Source: an uncultured Gammaproteobacteria bacterium (GTDB taxonomy: Bacteria; Patescibacteriota; Patescibacteriia; S139-126). Taken from it: DNA of 64,000 nt. Numbering within the stretch: the stretch's first letter is position 1; each line of letters begins with the position of its first letter. The position numbers and the translations under genes are program-made. The notes beneath the pieces were generated by a model. The model was not told the DNA's origin, did no database searches, and saw nothing but the letters and a program-made list of their open reading frames with translations. This document shows positions 10,117-19,718 of this stretch, one piece after another. Location: the NCBI GenBank assembly GCA_964620905.1, contig CAZUKA010000001.1:455646-519645 (forward strand). Reading direction: 5' to 3'.

Positions 10117-11568
10117 ATGACCAAAGAAAATAAGGAAATACAACTTGATTTTCTCAAGTCCGACACCAATCAAACCGCTACTCAAGATTTAGAATCAAAC
10201 CAGATTATCACTAAGCCAAAAACCAGACGCGGTCCAATCAAAGGTGTTATTTTTATTGTGTCTTTACTTATCTTTCTCGGTTCGCTTGTATTGTATATTC
10301 GCATCTCAGCAACGCCTTTGGGAGCGACTCTAAACGATTTTTCCTGGCTAGCAAGCTTTAAACATCTATTTACCAATGCCGATCGTTTTAATGAAATCGG
10401 CCACCGAGACCAGGTCAATATACTTTTACTTGGTATGGGTGGGGTTGGCCACGAAGGAGCATATCTCACTGATACTATGATAGTGGTCAGTTTCAAACCC
10501 GCTACCAAACAATTAGCTATGATTTCTATACCGCGGGATTTATACGTTGACATGGGAAGTTATGGCTGGAAAAAAATAAATAGCGCCAATGCCTATGGTG
10601 AGATGGCCAAATACCCAGGCGGTGGAGCGGCTTTTAGCTCACAAATCGTTAGCGAAGTAATTGGCCAACCAATTGATTATTTTGTCCGAGTTGATTTTAA
10701 TGGCTTTAAAAAACTAATAAATGATTTGGGTGGATTGGAAATAAATATTGAACAAGGATTCACCGACTCCCAATACCCTGACAACAATTTTGGTTATCAA
10801 GCACTAACCTTCAATAAAGGCAAAGAACAAATGAGTGGGGAAAGAGCCTTGCAATACGCTCGCTCTCGCCACGGCAACAACGGCCAAGGTTCTGATTTTG
10901 CTCGCTCTCGCCGGCAAATGCAAATTTTAATGGCTATCAAAGACAAAATTATGACCGCCAGTACTTTACTGAATCCAATCAAATTAAATGACTTATATGA
11001 TAACCTCACTGCCAACATCACTACCAATATCAAAACCTTTGAAGCTTTACGTTTTTGGCAGCTGGGACGAAATATCAATCAACCAGATATAATTCACAAG
11101 GTTTTAGACAGTTCAGCTGATGGTTTATTGTATTCCTATATTTCTGAGACTGGGGCTTATGTTTTAAGTCCGCGAGGAAATAACTATGAACAAATTCACA
11201 AATTTTTCGACGAGCTGTTTACTGCTTCGGAAATCCAAAACGAAGCTAGTACGGTAGTAATATACAATGGCACCAACATCACCGGACTAGCGGCAGAAAC
11301 TTCACAACGCCTAAGTCAAGCAGGCTATCAGATTTTATTGACTGGCAATGCCCCCAGCCGCGATTGGACTAGAACTATTGCCTATGATCTCAGAGCCGAA
11401 AAAAACCAAAATAATTCGCGGAGTTATTTAGCTACTACCTTAGATGCCAGCATTCAAACTGAACTGCCATTTGAACTTCAAGAAAAACTGGCCAATGAAC
11501 CTACACTTAAAAATAGTCAAATCACTATTGATTTTGTAATTGTTTTGGGTAATCAATTGGCACCATAA
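10117..11568 (+). CDS. LytR-CpsA-Psr (LCP) family cell-envelope phosphotransferase with a C-terminal LytR_C-like domain
   Basis: N-terminal TM segment, LLLGMGGVGHEGAYLTDTMIVVSF…ISIPRDLYVD…ARSRHG motifs. A TTGACC-17-TATTAT promoter-like sequence lies at 10064-10098. Confidence 0.8.
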   Translation: MTKENKEIQLDFLKSDTNQTATQDLESNQIITKPKTRRGPIKGVIFIVSLLIFLGSLVLYIRISATPLGATLNDFSWLASFKHLFTNADRFNEIGHRDQVNILLLGMGGVGHEGAYLTDTMIVVSFKPATKQLAMISIPRDLYVDMGSYGWKKINSANAYGEMAKYPGGGAAFSSQIVSEVIGQPIDYFVRVDFNGFKKLINDLGGLEINIEQGFTDSQYPDNNFGYQALTFNKGKEQMSGERALQYARSRHGNNGQGSDFARSRRQMQILMAIKDKIMTASTLLNPIKLNDLYDNLTANITTNIKTFEALRFWQLGRNINQPDIIHKVLDSSADGLLYSYISETGAYVLSPRGNNYEQIHKFFDELFTASEIQNEASTVVIYNGTNITGLAAETSQRLSQAGYQILLTGNAPSRDWTRTIAYDLRAEKNQNNSRSYLATTLDASIQTELPFELQEKLANEPTLKNSQITIDFVIVLGNQLAP

Positions 11569-11571
11569 ACT

Positions 11572-12927
11572 ATGATCACCAAAAAATTATCTGCTCGTCA
11601 AAAACTTCCGTCCGTGGTTTTGGTTGGACGGACCAATGTTGGTAAGTCCACCTTGTTTAATCGTTTAGCAGAAACACCCGCTGCCTTAATTTCACCTCAA
11701 GCCGGTACTACCAGAGATTATCAAGAAATAGAAATTGACTGGCAGGGAAAAAAATTCATGTTGGTTGATACGGGTGGATTAACCCGTGACCATTCAGCAG
11801 ATTTTAACGACTTAATTTTATCCCAGACACTATTAGCAGCTAAAAAAGCTAAACTGATTTTGATGGTGGTTGATGGTAAACTTGGACCATTGCCGGAAGA
11901 TTATGATATTTATCAAATTATCAAAAAAACTGGGCGACCATTTTTATTGGTTATTACCAAACTGGACAATGCAAAAAATTGGGACCGGGCAATAATTGAT
12001 TTTTCAACCTTCAGCGCTGACGAAATTTTTCCAGTTTCCGGAGTCAATGGTATTGGTACGGGCAATTTACTTGATGGCATTACCAATCGTTTACCTGCGA
12101 CTAAGCAATTGGTAGAAGAAAAGTCAGAAAACCTAATTCGTCTGGCTATCATCGGTAAACCCAATGTAGGCAAATCTTCTTTGGTTAATTCTATCCTGGG
12201 TTATGAAAAACAAATCATTTCTGCTCGTGCCCACACCACTCGCGGCACACAAGATATTACTATCAACTTTGCTCAGCATAAAATAATTTTGACTGATACT
12301 GCCGGCCTCAGACGACAAACTCAAAAAAGTGATCGTTTAGAAAAATATAGTCTAGACCAAACTTTGTATAAAATAAAAAATTCCAACGTTACTTTGTTGG
12401 TTTTAGATATTTCCCAACCGCTAACCTTCCAAGACCGACATTTGACTGAACATGCGGTCAAAAGTGGCAATAGTATGTTAATTGTAGCTAATAAGTGGGA
12501 TTTGGTACCAGATAAAGACGAGACTACCATGAATACTTATACTAAATATATTTATCAAACTTTTCCTCATCTGACCTGGGCGCCAATCATTTTTACTTCC
12601 GCACTGACCAAACAACGTACCCAAATGATGTTAGCCAAGGCCGTGGAACTTTATGAAAAAAGATTTACTAAAATATCAGATAGCGCTTTGCAAAAATTTT
12701 TGAAAAAAATTATCAGTAAACATCCGCCGGCTCGTGGTAAAGGTGCGGGACATCCTTATATTTATCATCTCAAACAGGTAGATATAAACCCGCCAACTTT
12801 TCAAATAACCATCAAATACAAAAAATCATTACATATTTCTTATCTACGTTTTATTGAAAATAATCTACGGGATGAATTTGATTTTTTAGGCACCCCGTTG
12901 CGACTTTTCATCACTTCGGTAAAATAA
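11572..12927 (+). CDS. der: Ribosome-biogenesis GTPase Der (EngA)
   Basis: Two tandem GTPase domains (GRTNVGKSTLFNRL…DTGG; GKPNVGKSSLVNSIL…DTAG) plus a KH-like C-terminus. Confidence 0.9.
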   Translation: MITKKLSARQKLPSVVLVGRTNVGKSTLFNRLAETPAALISPQAGTTRDYQEIEIDWQGKKFMLVDTGGLTRDHSADFNDLILSQTLLAAKKAKLILMVVDGKLGPLPEDYDIYQIIKKTGRPFLLVITKLDNAKNWDRAIIDFSTFSADEIFPVSGVNGIGTGNLLDGITNRLPATKQLVEEKSENLIRLAIIGKPNVGKSSLVNSILGYEKQIISARAHTTRGTQDITINFAQHKIILTDTAGLRRQTQKSDRLEKYSLDQTLYKIKNSNVTLLVLDISQPLTFQDRHLTEHAVKSGNSMLIVANKWDLVPDKDETTMNTYTKYIYQTFPHLTWAPIIFTSALTKQRTQMMLAKAVELYEKRFTKISDSALQKFLKKIISKHPPARGKGAGHPYIYHLKQVDINPPTFQITIKYKKSLHISYLRFIENNLRDEFDFLGTPLRLFITSVK

Positions 12928-12940
12928 AACTAGATAAATA

Positions 12941-12968
12941 TTCTAAATTCCAGATTCTAAATTCTAAA
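12941..12968 (+). repeat. Heptamer tandem array TTCTARA x4 (ttctaaa ttccaga ttctaaa ttctaaa), immediately upstream of the pth start
   Basis: Read directly from the sequence. The same 7-bp periodic family occurs at 23963-24030, 26292-26354 and 26994-27021. Confidence 0.7.
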
Positions 12969-12971
12969 AAA

Positions 12972-13544
12972 ATGATTGCAATTTTTGGTCTGGGTAATCC
13001 AGAAAAAAAATACGAACATACCCGACATAACTTAGGTTGGGATATAATTACTGCTTGGCAACTAAAACACCAAGAATATTTTTCTGATTTTACAAACCAA
13101 GAAAAATTTTCTTCACAAATTGCCCAAGGTACTTGGGGTGATAAAAAAATATTGTTAGTTAGACCTTTAACCTTCATGAATCTATCTGGACAAGCAGTAA
13201 GTAAAATTAAATCATTTTATCAACTTGCCAACAGTGATATTTGGGTGATTCATGATGATCTTGATTTGGGACCGGAAAAAATAAAAATTTCAATCAATGC
13301 CTCGGCCGGTGGGCATAATGGCGTAGCTTCAATTATTGATTCTTTGGGAGATAAAAATTTTGTCAGGTTTAGAGTAGGCATTGGTCGTCCCGGTCTGTTT
13401 GGTAGAATAAGCAATTATGTTTTAAAAAAACCTTCCCCTACTGAACAAAATTCAATCAACCAAGCCAAAGAAAAAATTTTAGCCGCTCTTGATTGTGCAC
13501 TAACCGACAATCTAGCCAAAGCCCAAAATTTATTCAACAACTAA
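12972..13544 (+). CDS. pth: Peptidyl-tRNA hydrolase
   Basis: IFGLGNPEKKYEHTRHNLGW…HDDLDL… motifs; 190 aa. Confidence 0.9.
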   Translation: MIAIFGLGNPEKKYEHTRHNLGWDIITAWQLKHQEYFSDFTNQEKFSSQIAQGTWGDKKILLVRPLTFMNLSGQAVSKIKSFYQLANSDIWVIHDDLDLGPEKIKISINASAGGHNGVASIIDSLGDKNFVRFRVGIGRPGLFGRISNYVLKKPSPTEQNSINQAKEKILAALDCALTDNLAKAQNLFNN

Positions 13545-13545
13545 A

Positions 13546-13569
13546 ACCGCCCTATTGGGCGGTTTTTTA
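13546..13569 (+). terminator. Rho-independent terminator after pth (ccgccc-tatt-gggcgg + TTTTTT)
   Basis: GC stem followed by a U-tract. Confidence 0.75.
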
Positions 13570-13698
13570 GTACTCACTAGGCTCCTAGTCAGTGCAAAGG
13601 TGACTAGAAAAATCTAGAACCCTTGACTTAGGGCTACTTGTCAAAAACAAGGAGGGGTGTTTTTGCTTTCACCACTGCACTAGGAACCTAGTAGGTAC
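13570..13698. repeat. About 130-bp element bounded by imperfect ~30-bp inverted repeats (gtactcactaggctcctagtcagtgcaaaggtg … caccactgcactaggaacctagtaggtac) with internal hairpins. It could be a structured ncRNA or a MITE-like element.
   Basis: The reverse complement of the right arm matches the left arm at about 26 of 30 positions. Internal palindromes ctag-aaaaat-ctag and cttgtcaaaaacaag. It sits between the convergent genes pth and the SIMPL gene. Confidence 0.5.
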
Positions 13699-13799
13699 TA
13701 AACTAACAATGTTTTAGCATTTTAACAAACAAAAAAAATTTGTCAATAAATACCCCAAGCACTAAGCTTGGGGTATAAATAAATTTATTTTGGAATCAA

Positions 13800-14561
13800 C
13801 TACTTCACCTGATAATTAATACTTACTTCCATAATTATTTCTTGACTACCGCCTGGCACAGCCGGGGCAGAACTATTTCCACCTCCACCATAACCACCCA
13901 TATCATTATAAGGCACACCTGGTCCACCTATTGGATTTTCCCACCAACCAATAACTTTGCCCAAACGTACACCTAAACTGCCAGCAATACTTTTGGCTTT
14001 CCCTCTCGCATCAACTATAGCTTTCAGTCTGGCCTCCTGTTTTAAATCTTCCAACTTAGAACTATCAAAACTTACTCCTTGAATCTGATTGACCCCAGCT
14101 TTGGTAGCCGCGTCAATAACTTGGGAAACTAAATCTTTATTGACTGATAAATTTGTTACCTTCACTACCAACAATTGACTGGCATTGTAACCACCGGGCG
14201 TTTGGACATTGTTTATCCAATCATATTGCGGATATAAAGAATAATTTTGAGTTTTGATATTTTCTTTTGCTACTCCCACTCCTTCTACAGCTTTGATCAC
14301 GTTATTTATTTTTTCATTTAATTGAGTCAAAGCTTGGTCAGCCCGGGTGACTTTATCAACCTGAACACCCATAGTGATATTGGCAACATCAGGTTCATAA
14401 CTCACTGTACCACGACCCGAGACACTCACTTGCCAATATTGTTTATTGACTATCCGGTCGCGTAAAATGGCTACAACTACTACCCCGGTCAACAATAAAA
14501 TTCCGACTAAAATAAGTAGATATTTTGGCTCTCGCCAGGTTTGTTTTTTATTCTCTTCCAT
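13800..14561 (-). CDS. SIMPL/DUF541-family secreted or periplasmic protein with a Gly-rich C-terminal tail
   Basis: N-terminal TM/signal, then …SVSGRGTVSYEPDVANITMGVQV…NYSLYPQYDW…LKAIVDARGKAKSIAGSLGVRLGKVIG…, characteristic of BP26/SIMPL proteins. Confidence 0.6.
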   Translation of the reverse strand: MEENKKQTWREPKYLLILVGILLLTGVVVVAILRDRIVNKQYWQVSVSGRGTVSYEPDVANITMGVQVDKVTRADQALTQLNEKINNVIKAVEGVGVAKENIKTQNYSLYPQYDWINNVQTPGGYNASQLLVVKVTNLSVNKDLVSQVIDAATKAGVNQIQGVSFDSSKLEDLKQEARLKAIVDARGKAKSIAGSLGVRLGKVIGWWENPIGGPGVPYNDMGGYGGGGNSSAPAVPGGSQEIIMEVSINYQVK

Positions 14562-14760
14562 ATTTTGTTTGGTTAATAATTAATTGACCATTCTTGTAGA
14601 CACATTATAACACCTTGATATAAAATAGAAAATTATATTTACTAAGGTTGATAAAAATCTCGGCAAGATAAATTTATTAGATTTTATTGTTTGACAGGAT
14701 AACAACAATATGTAAAAATATTCAAATTCGTTATTTAAAAACTATTATTGGAGTTAAGCC

Positions 14761-15465
14761 ATGAAAGAAATAAAAACAATTATTTGTCATTTACCAAAAA
14801 TTCACAAGAAAGTATCCCCCCTGCTACCTTGGGAACAAATGGTAAAAACCAATAGTCAAACTGAATTGATTCATCGTGCTCAAAATGAAAAATTTAACTG
14901 GTTGATAAGTACCGTTGGTGAAAACAACTATTATCATAATTTTACAGTTCTGGAAGCTACCAGATCAATCCCGATAAAAAAAATTCTTTATGCTGAAAAA
15001 AAATATACTCCCAGTCTAAAAAATATTGTTGAAGGCTTCAATGCCTTTATTCTCAATCAATGGGAATTAACAACTCTCAACGGAATGTTAAGCTCTCAAG
15101 CACCTCTAAAAAAAGACGGGAAAATATTAATCTACTTTGAAAACTATTACGAGCAGCTCATGATTTTCAACGAACATCAACATAAAAAAATAGAATTAAA
15201 ATATCCAGAAATAAAAATAAACAATTATCCAGCAAAAGAATTAGGTAGTTTACTAGGTGAAAATCGTTTCAAAATTATTATTGATACTACTACCGCTTCC
15301 TATCCCTGGAGTCTAACTCCAAAATCAACGAGCCCGCTAATAAAAGAATTCAAAAATACCAATTTTACTGAAATACCAATTTTAGTTTGTTTAAAAAACC
15401 AGCTCACTCTAAAAAGAGATATTTTAAAAAATATTATATACTATTCTCAATCAAGCAAAGTGTAA
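14761..15465 (+). CDS. Hypothetical protein (234 aa)
   Basis: Intact ORF immediately upstream of mfd. No recognisable motifs. Confidence 0.5.
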   Translation: MKEIKTIICHLPKIHKKVSPLLPWEQMVKTNSQTELIHRAQNEKFNWLISTVGENNYYHNFTVLEATRSIPIKKILYAEKKYTPSLKNIVEGFNAFILNQWELTTLNGMLSSQAPLKKDGKILIYFENYYEQLMIFNEHQHKKIELKYPEIKINNYPAKELGSLLGENRFKIIIDTTTASYPWSLTPKSTSPLIKEFKNTNFTEIPILVCLKNQLTLKRDILKNIIYYSQSSKV

Positions 15466-15468
15466 ACT

Positions 15469-18400
15469 TTGCTTTTTTATTTTTTTTCCGCTAAGGTAAC
15501 TACACCACTTGCTATGGTTGAAAAAATTATTAAAAAATTATTAGTCAACCAGTCACTCTCTTTAAGTCAACTACCCAATATCACCGCGCGGACTTGGCTG
15601 GTTTGGCAGCTGGCAACCAGTACCCAAATCAAACATTCGGGTGTTTTGTTGTGGGTAGAGGATGATAAGGAACTAATCAGCTCACAACAAAATTTATTAT
15701 TTTGGCAATCTATTTATCCAGCCAATATACCTGTCCTTATCTGGCCAGAACAGGCCAGTGTTATTTTATATAATTTTATCAACCACCTGCCGCAAATTGC
15801 CATTATCTCCATGACCACCTCCTTACAAAACCTACCTGATCTGTGCTGGTGGAAAACAAACCTGATCAAGCTTCATCATCACGAAAATTATCACCCAAAC
15901 AAATTGGTCAAAGAAATTTTTGACTTTGGGTATGAACGACAAAACAAAGTATATGCTACTGGTGAATTTTCTCAACGTGGCGAAATAATTGACATTTGGC
16001 CCATCACCAACCAGTATCCCCAACGAATCATTTGGCAAAATAACAGTATTGCCAGTATTTTTAGTTATGACCTTTGGTCACAAACCAAAATTACTGAACA
16101 AAAAAATCTAACTATCCTACCAAAAAAACTGCCAACTGCTAAAAACGATCTAGCTATCTATCTACCGAAAAATCTTATCAGCTTTCATTCTCAAACAAAC
16201 AAAATAAAATATAAAACTGATTGGCAACTTCTTTGGCAAAATTTTGAAAGTCTAACCAGCGAAAAAATGAACTTCTTTACTCCCCCGCACTGGCAACTTG
16301 ACCAGAAGGAATTATTTAACTGGCTAAAAGATAAAAAAAATTGGCAAATTATAGTCAGTGATTCTCGTTATAATTTTATAAAAGAAAAATTCTCTCAAAT
16401 CAAAGTACAAAACCAACCATTTTTACAAGGATTAATCAATCAAAATCTTAAATTGGCAATTTTAACTGCTCGTGAATTGCCCGTCCAATCAAATAGTAAT
16501 CATTTAAAAAAATTTTCAACTGGAAAAAAAACCTTTGCCCCGGGGGACTATGTGGTCCACATTGATCATGGTATTGGAAAACTAGCAGGTACCATTAAAC
16601 AAAATTTTGATCAAACCACCAAAGAATTTTTTGTTATTCATTATGCGGCCAATGATAAACTTTACGTACCAGTCGAAAAAACTGATCGTTTGGAAAAATA
16701 TATTGGTTTAACCAGACCAACCTTACATCGCCTATCCGGCAACAGTTGGCAACAACTTAAACAAAAAATAAAATATGATCTTATTCAATCAGCAGAAAAA
16801 ATCATTTACCATCAGGCTCAAAGAGAAGTTGCACTCGTGGCACCTTTTCAACAATCATTTACCGAAGAAAAATCTTTAGCCAATGATTTTCCTTTTACCG
16901 AAACTGCTGACCAAGCCCGCGTGTTGTCTGAAGTTTGGTCTGATTTAAAACAAGACAAACCTATGGATCGCCTAATTTGTGGCGATGTTGGTTTTGGTAA
17001 AACTGAAATTGCTCTGCGCGCTGCTTTCAAAATTATTCTACATGGCCAACAAGTCGCCTTACTTTGCCCAACCACTATTTTAGCCCAACAGCATTTTGAC
17101 TCTTTTACCCAACGATTAGCAAAATATGGCGTCAATATTTGTTTGCTGACCAGATTTCAAGACAAAAATGAACAAACGACGGCACTAGCTAAACTAGCTC
17201 GAGGCGATTGTGATTTGGTTATTGGTACTCATCGCCTACTATCTGATGATGTCAATTTTAAAAAATTAGGGTTATTGATAATTGACGAGGAACAAAAATT
17301 TGGTGTCAATCACAAAGAAAAAATAAAAAAGCACCGCGCTCATACTCATTTACTTACTTTATCAGCAACGCCGATTCCCCGCACACTATATTTTTCCGTA
17401 GCCGGATTAAAGCCCATCAGCCTCATCCAAACTCCCCCAATTGGTAGACAACCAATTATCAGTTCCATTGAACCTTATGATGAAATCAAAATTAAACAGG
17501 CAATTGCACAAGAACTATCCAGACAAGGACAAGTATATTACCTGTTCAATAACATCTCCACTATGCCCCTGAAAGTTCAACAACTACAACGACTTATACC
17601 TGCGGCCAGACTAGCCTATGCTCATGGCCAAATGACCGGCAAAGAATTGAGTCAAACTATGCACCAGTTTGACAATCAACAAATAGACGTTCTGGTTTGT
17701 TCAACAATTATTGAAAATGGTTTAGATCTTGCCAATGTTAATACTTTAATAGTTGAACAAGCAGCCAACTTTGGTTTGGCTCAACTCTATCAGCTAAGAG
17801 GCCGGGTAGGAAGAGGTATCAGACAAGCTTATGCCTACTTTTTTTATTCTTCACAAAAATTAAATGGTTTAGCAGCCAAAAGATTGCAAGCTTTGGAAGC
17901 AGCTTATGAATTGGGTAGTGGTTTAGAACTAGCCCGACGTGATATGGAAATTAGAGGTATTGGTAACCTACTTGGCCACAAGCAGCATGGTCATATTAAA
18001 GCCGTAGGTTTAAATTTATATCTGCGACTGTTAGAACAAGCAATCAGCGAACTACAAAATGGGCAATCTCATTACCAGGAAGATGATGTTCACATTCAAT
18101 TACCCCTAACTTATCATATTGATGAACAGCTGATGCCAGCTCTAGAACAAAGATTTGATTGCTATCAACATCTAGCTCAATGCCAAACCGTAACCGAATT
18201 AGAACAGCTGGTAGAAAAAAATTGGGGGACAAAAGAACTACCAACCCCAACTGCTAATTTAATTTTGATTTTAAAACTAAAAATCATTGCTCGAACAAAA
18301 AGTATCAAAGCTATTGAAGCAAATCCCAGTAGAAACGGCGAACAAAAAATTACTATCTTTTTCCAACAGCCGCTAACCGAAAGTGTTATTGAAAAATTTA

Positions 18401-18510
18401 AAAAATTAAACAACAACTGGCAAATAAACGCTAAGACTGTCAAGATACAAATTTCGTCAATAGGAAAAAATTGGCTCTCACAACTCAGCAAAACTTTAGA
18501 AAAAATTTAA
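15469..18510 (+). CDS. mfd: Transcription-repair coupling factor
   Basis: CarD/TRCF RNAP-interaction domain (GDYVVHIDHGIGKLAGTIK…KLYVPVEKTDRLEKYIG). SF2 helicase motifs GDVGFGKTEIALRAAF…DEEQKFGV…TATPIPRT…QLRGRVGRG, and a C-terminal TRCF domain. Confidence 0.85.
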   Translation: MLFYFFSAKVTTPLAMVEKIIKKLLVNQSLSLSQLPNITARTWLVWQLATSTQIKHSGVLLWVEDDKELISSQQNLLFWQSIYPANIPVLIWPEQASVILYNFINHLPQIAIISMTTSLQNLPDLCWWKTNLIKLHHHENYHPNKLVKEIFDFGYERQNKVYATGEFSQRGEIIDIWPITNQYPQRIIWQNNSIASIFSYDLWSQTKITEQKNLTILPKKLPTAKNDLAIYLPKNLISFHSQTNKIKYKTDWQLLWQNFESLTSEKMNFFTPPHWQLDQKELFNWLKDKKNWQIIVSDSRYNFIKEKFSQIKVQNQPFLQGLINQNLKLAILTARELPVQSNSNHLKKFSTGKKTFAPGDYVVHIDHGIGKLAGTIKQNFDQTTKEFFVIHYAANDKLYVPVEKTDRLEKYIGLTRPTLHRLSGNSWQQLKQKIKYDLIQSAEKIIYHQAQREVALVAPFQQSFTEEKSLANDFPFTETADQARVLSEVWSDLKQDKPMDRLICGDVGFGKTEIALRAAFKIILHGQQVALLCPTTILAQQHFDSFTQRLAKYGVNICLLTRFQDKNEQTTALAKLARGDCDLVIGTHRLLSDDVNFKKLGLLIIDEEQKFGVNHKEKIKKHRAHTHLLTLSATPIPRTLYFSVAGLKPISLIQTPPIGRQPIISSIEPYDEIKIKQAIAQELSRQGQVYYLFNNISTMPLKVQQLQRLIPAARLAYAHGQMTGKELSQTMHQFDNQQIDVLVCSTIIENGLDLANVNTLIVEQAANFGLAQLYQLRGRVGRGIRQAYAYFFYSSQKLNGLAAKRLQALEAAYELGSGLELARRDMEIRGIGNLLGHKQHGHIKAVGLNLYLRLLEQAISELQNGQSHYQEDDVHIQLPLTYHIDEQLMPALEQRFDCYQHLAQCQTVTELEQLVEKNWGTKELPTPTANLILILKLKIIARTKSIKAIEANPSRNGEQKITIFFQQPLTESVIEKFKKLNNNWQINAKTVKIQISSIGKNWLSQLSKTLEKI

Positions 18511-18581
18511 AAATTTTAGCTATTTCTGCTGTTAGACTGACAACATTTTACCAACTGAAATATTTGCCTTATATTATAACC

Positions 18582-19670
18582 ATGCCCACAGATTTAAAAT
18601 ATTGGCTGTCTTTCAGCCGCGTGCCCCAAATAGGCTCCAGCCGATTACTGCGCTTGTTGAAGTACTTTCCAGATTTAAAAACTGCTTGGGAGGCAACCCA
18701 GTCGGATTACTTAGCAGCCGGACTAGACCAACGTACAGTAAACTACTTGCACTTGTCTAAAAAATCAATAATACCCGATAGTTTGGTGGCGGAATTAGAA
18801 AAATATCAGATTAAAGTCTGTTTGTTTATTGATGCTGATTATCCACCATTACTCAAACAAATTTATGATCCGCCGGCTTTACTTTATTACCGAGGTCAAC
18901 TAATAAACAACCAACCTTTGCTGGCAATTGTTGGTACGAGAAAAATTTCCGCCTACGGTATCCAAGTGATAAAAGATCTTATCCCACCGCTGTGCCAATA
19001 TCAACTAGTTACTGTTTCCGGTTTGGCCTTGGGAGTTGATGCTTTGGTTCATCAAGAAACCATCCAAGCCAACGGTCAAACTATGGCTGTTTTAGGTAGT
19101 GGTCTGGATGATGAAAATTTATACCCCTCTTCCAATCGTTTTTTAGCTAAACAAATCATCACAAACGGCGGAGCTATTATTTCAGAATATCCACCAGGTA
19201 CTTTGCCTTTGAAACAACATTTCCCGCGCCGCAATCGAATTATTTCCGGACTAACTAGCGGGGTTTTAGTTATAGAGGGCGATATTGAATCTGGTTCATT
19301 GATCACTGCTGCCTCTGCCTTAGAACAAAACCGTGAAGTCATGGCCGTACCCGGCTCAATTTACAGCGCCAATTCTACTGGTCCTAATCAACTAATTAAA
19401 CAAGGCGCTCATATGATTACTCACTATCGGGATATTTTGGAAATACTCGATTTGCAAGAAATTTCCGCTACCAGTCAACCTGCCGCACCGACTGATCCTC
19501 AACAAAAAATAATCTGGGATATTTTATCCTCCGAACCTATCACAGTTGATGAATTAATCCGACAAACTGGCTTGAATGCAGCCATAATTAATATGCATTT
19601 ATCACTCTTGGAACTAAATAATTTGGTACACAAAATGGCTGATGGTAAAATAATCAAAAAAGGAAATTGA
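18582..19670 (+). CDS. dprA: DNA processing protein DprA (Smf). The start is placed at ATG 18582 rather than the ORF-track 18471, which overlaps mfd.
   Basis: LAIVGTRKISAYGIQVIKDLI…GLALGVDALVHQ…AVLGSGLD…FPRRNRIISGL motifs. Confidence 0.85.
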   Translation: MPTDLKYWLSFSRVPQIGSSRLLRLLKYFPDLKTAWEATQSDYLAAGLDQRTVNYLHLSKKSIIPDSLVAELEKYQIKVCLFIDADYPPLLKQIYDPPALLYYRGQLINNQPLLAIVGTRKISAYGIQVIKDLIPPLCQYQLVTVSGLALGVDALVHQETIQANGQTMAVLGSGLDDENLYPSSNRFLAKQIITNGGAIISEYPPGTLPLKQHFPRRNRIISGLTSGVLVIEGDIESGSLITAASALEQNREVMAVPGSIYSANSTGPNQLIKQGAHMITHYRDILEILDLQEISATSQPAAPTDPQQKIIWDILSSEPITVDELIRQTGLNAAIINMHLSLLELNNLVHKMADGKIIKKGN

Positions 19671-19718
19671 CTTGCCAAATAATTTTGTTTTGTGTTATGT
19701 TCAAAAACAGTTATACTT

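Noticed and set aside
18471-18581. ORF-track start of dprA overlapping the 3' end of mfd
   Set aside because: It is a non-ATG start inside mfd. The in-frame ATG at 18582 with the conserved DprA N-terminus is the likelier start.
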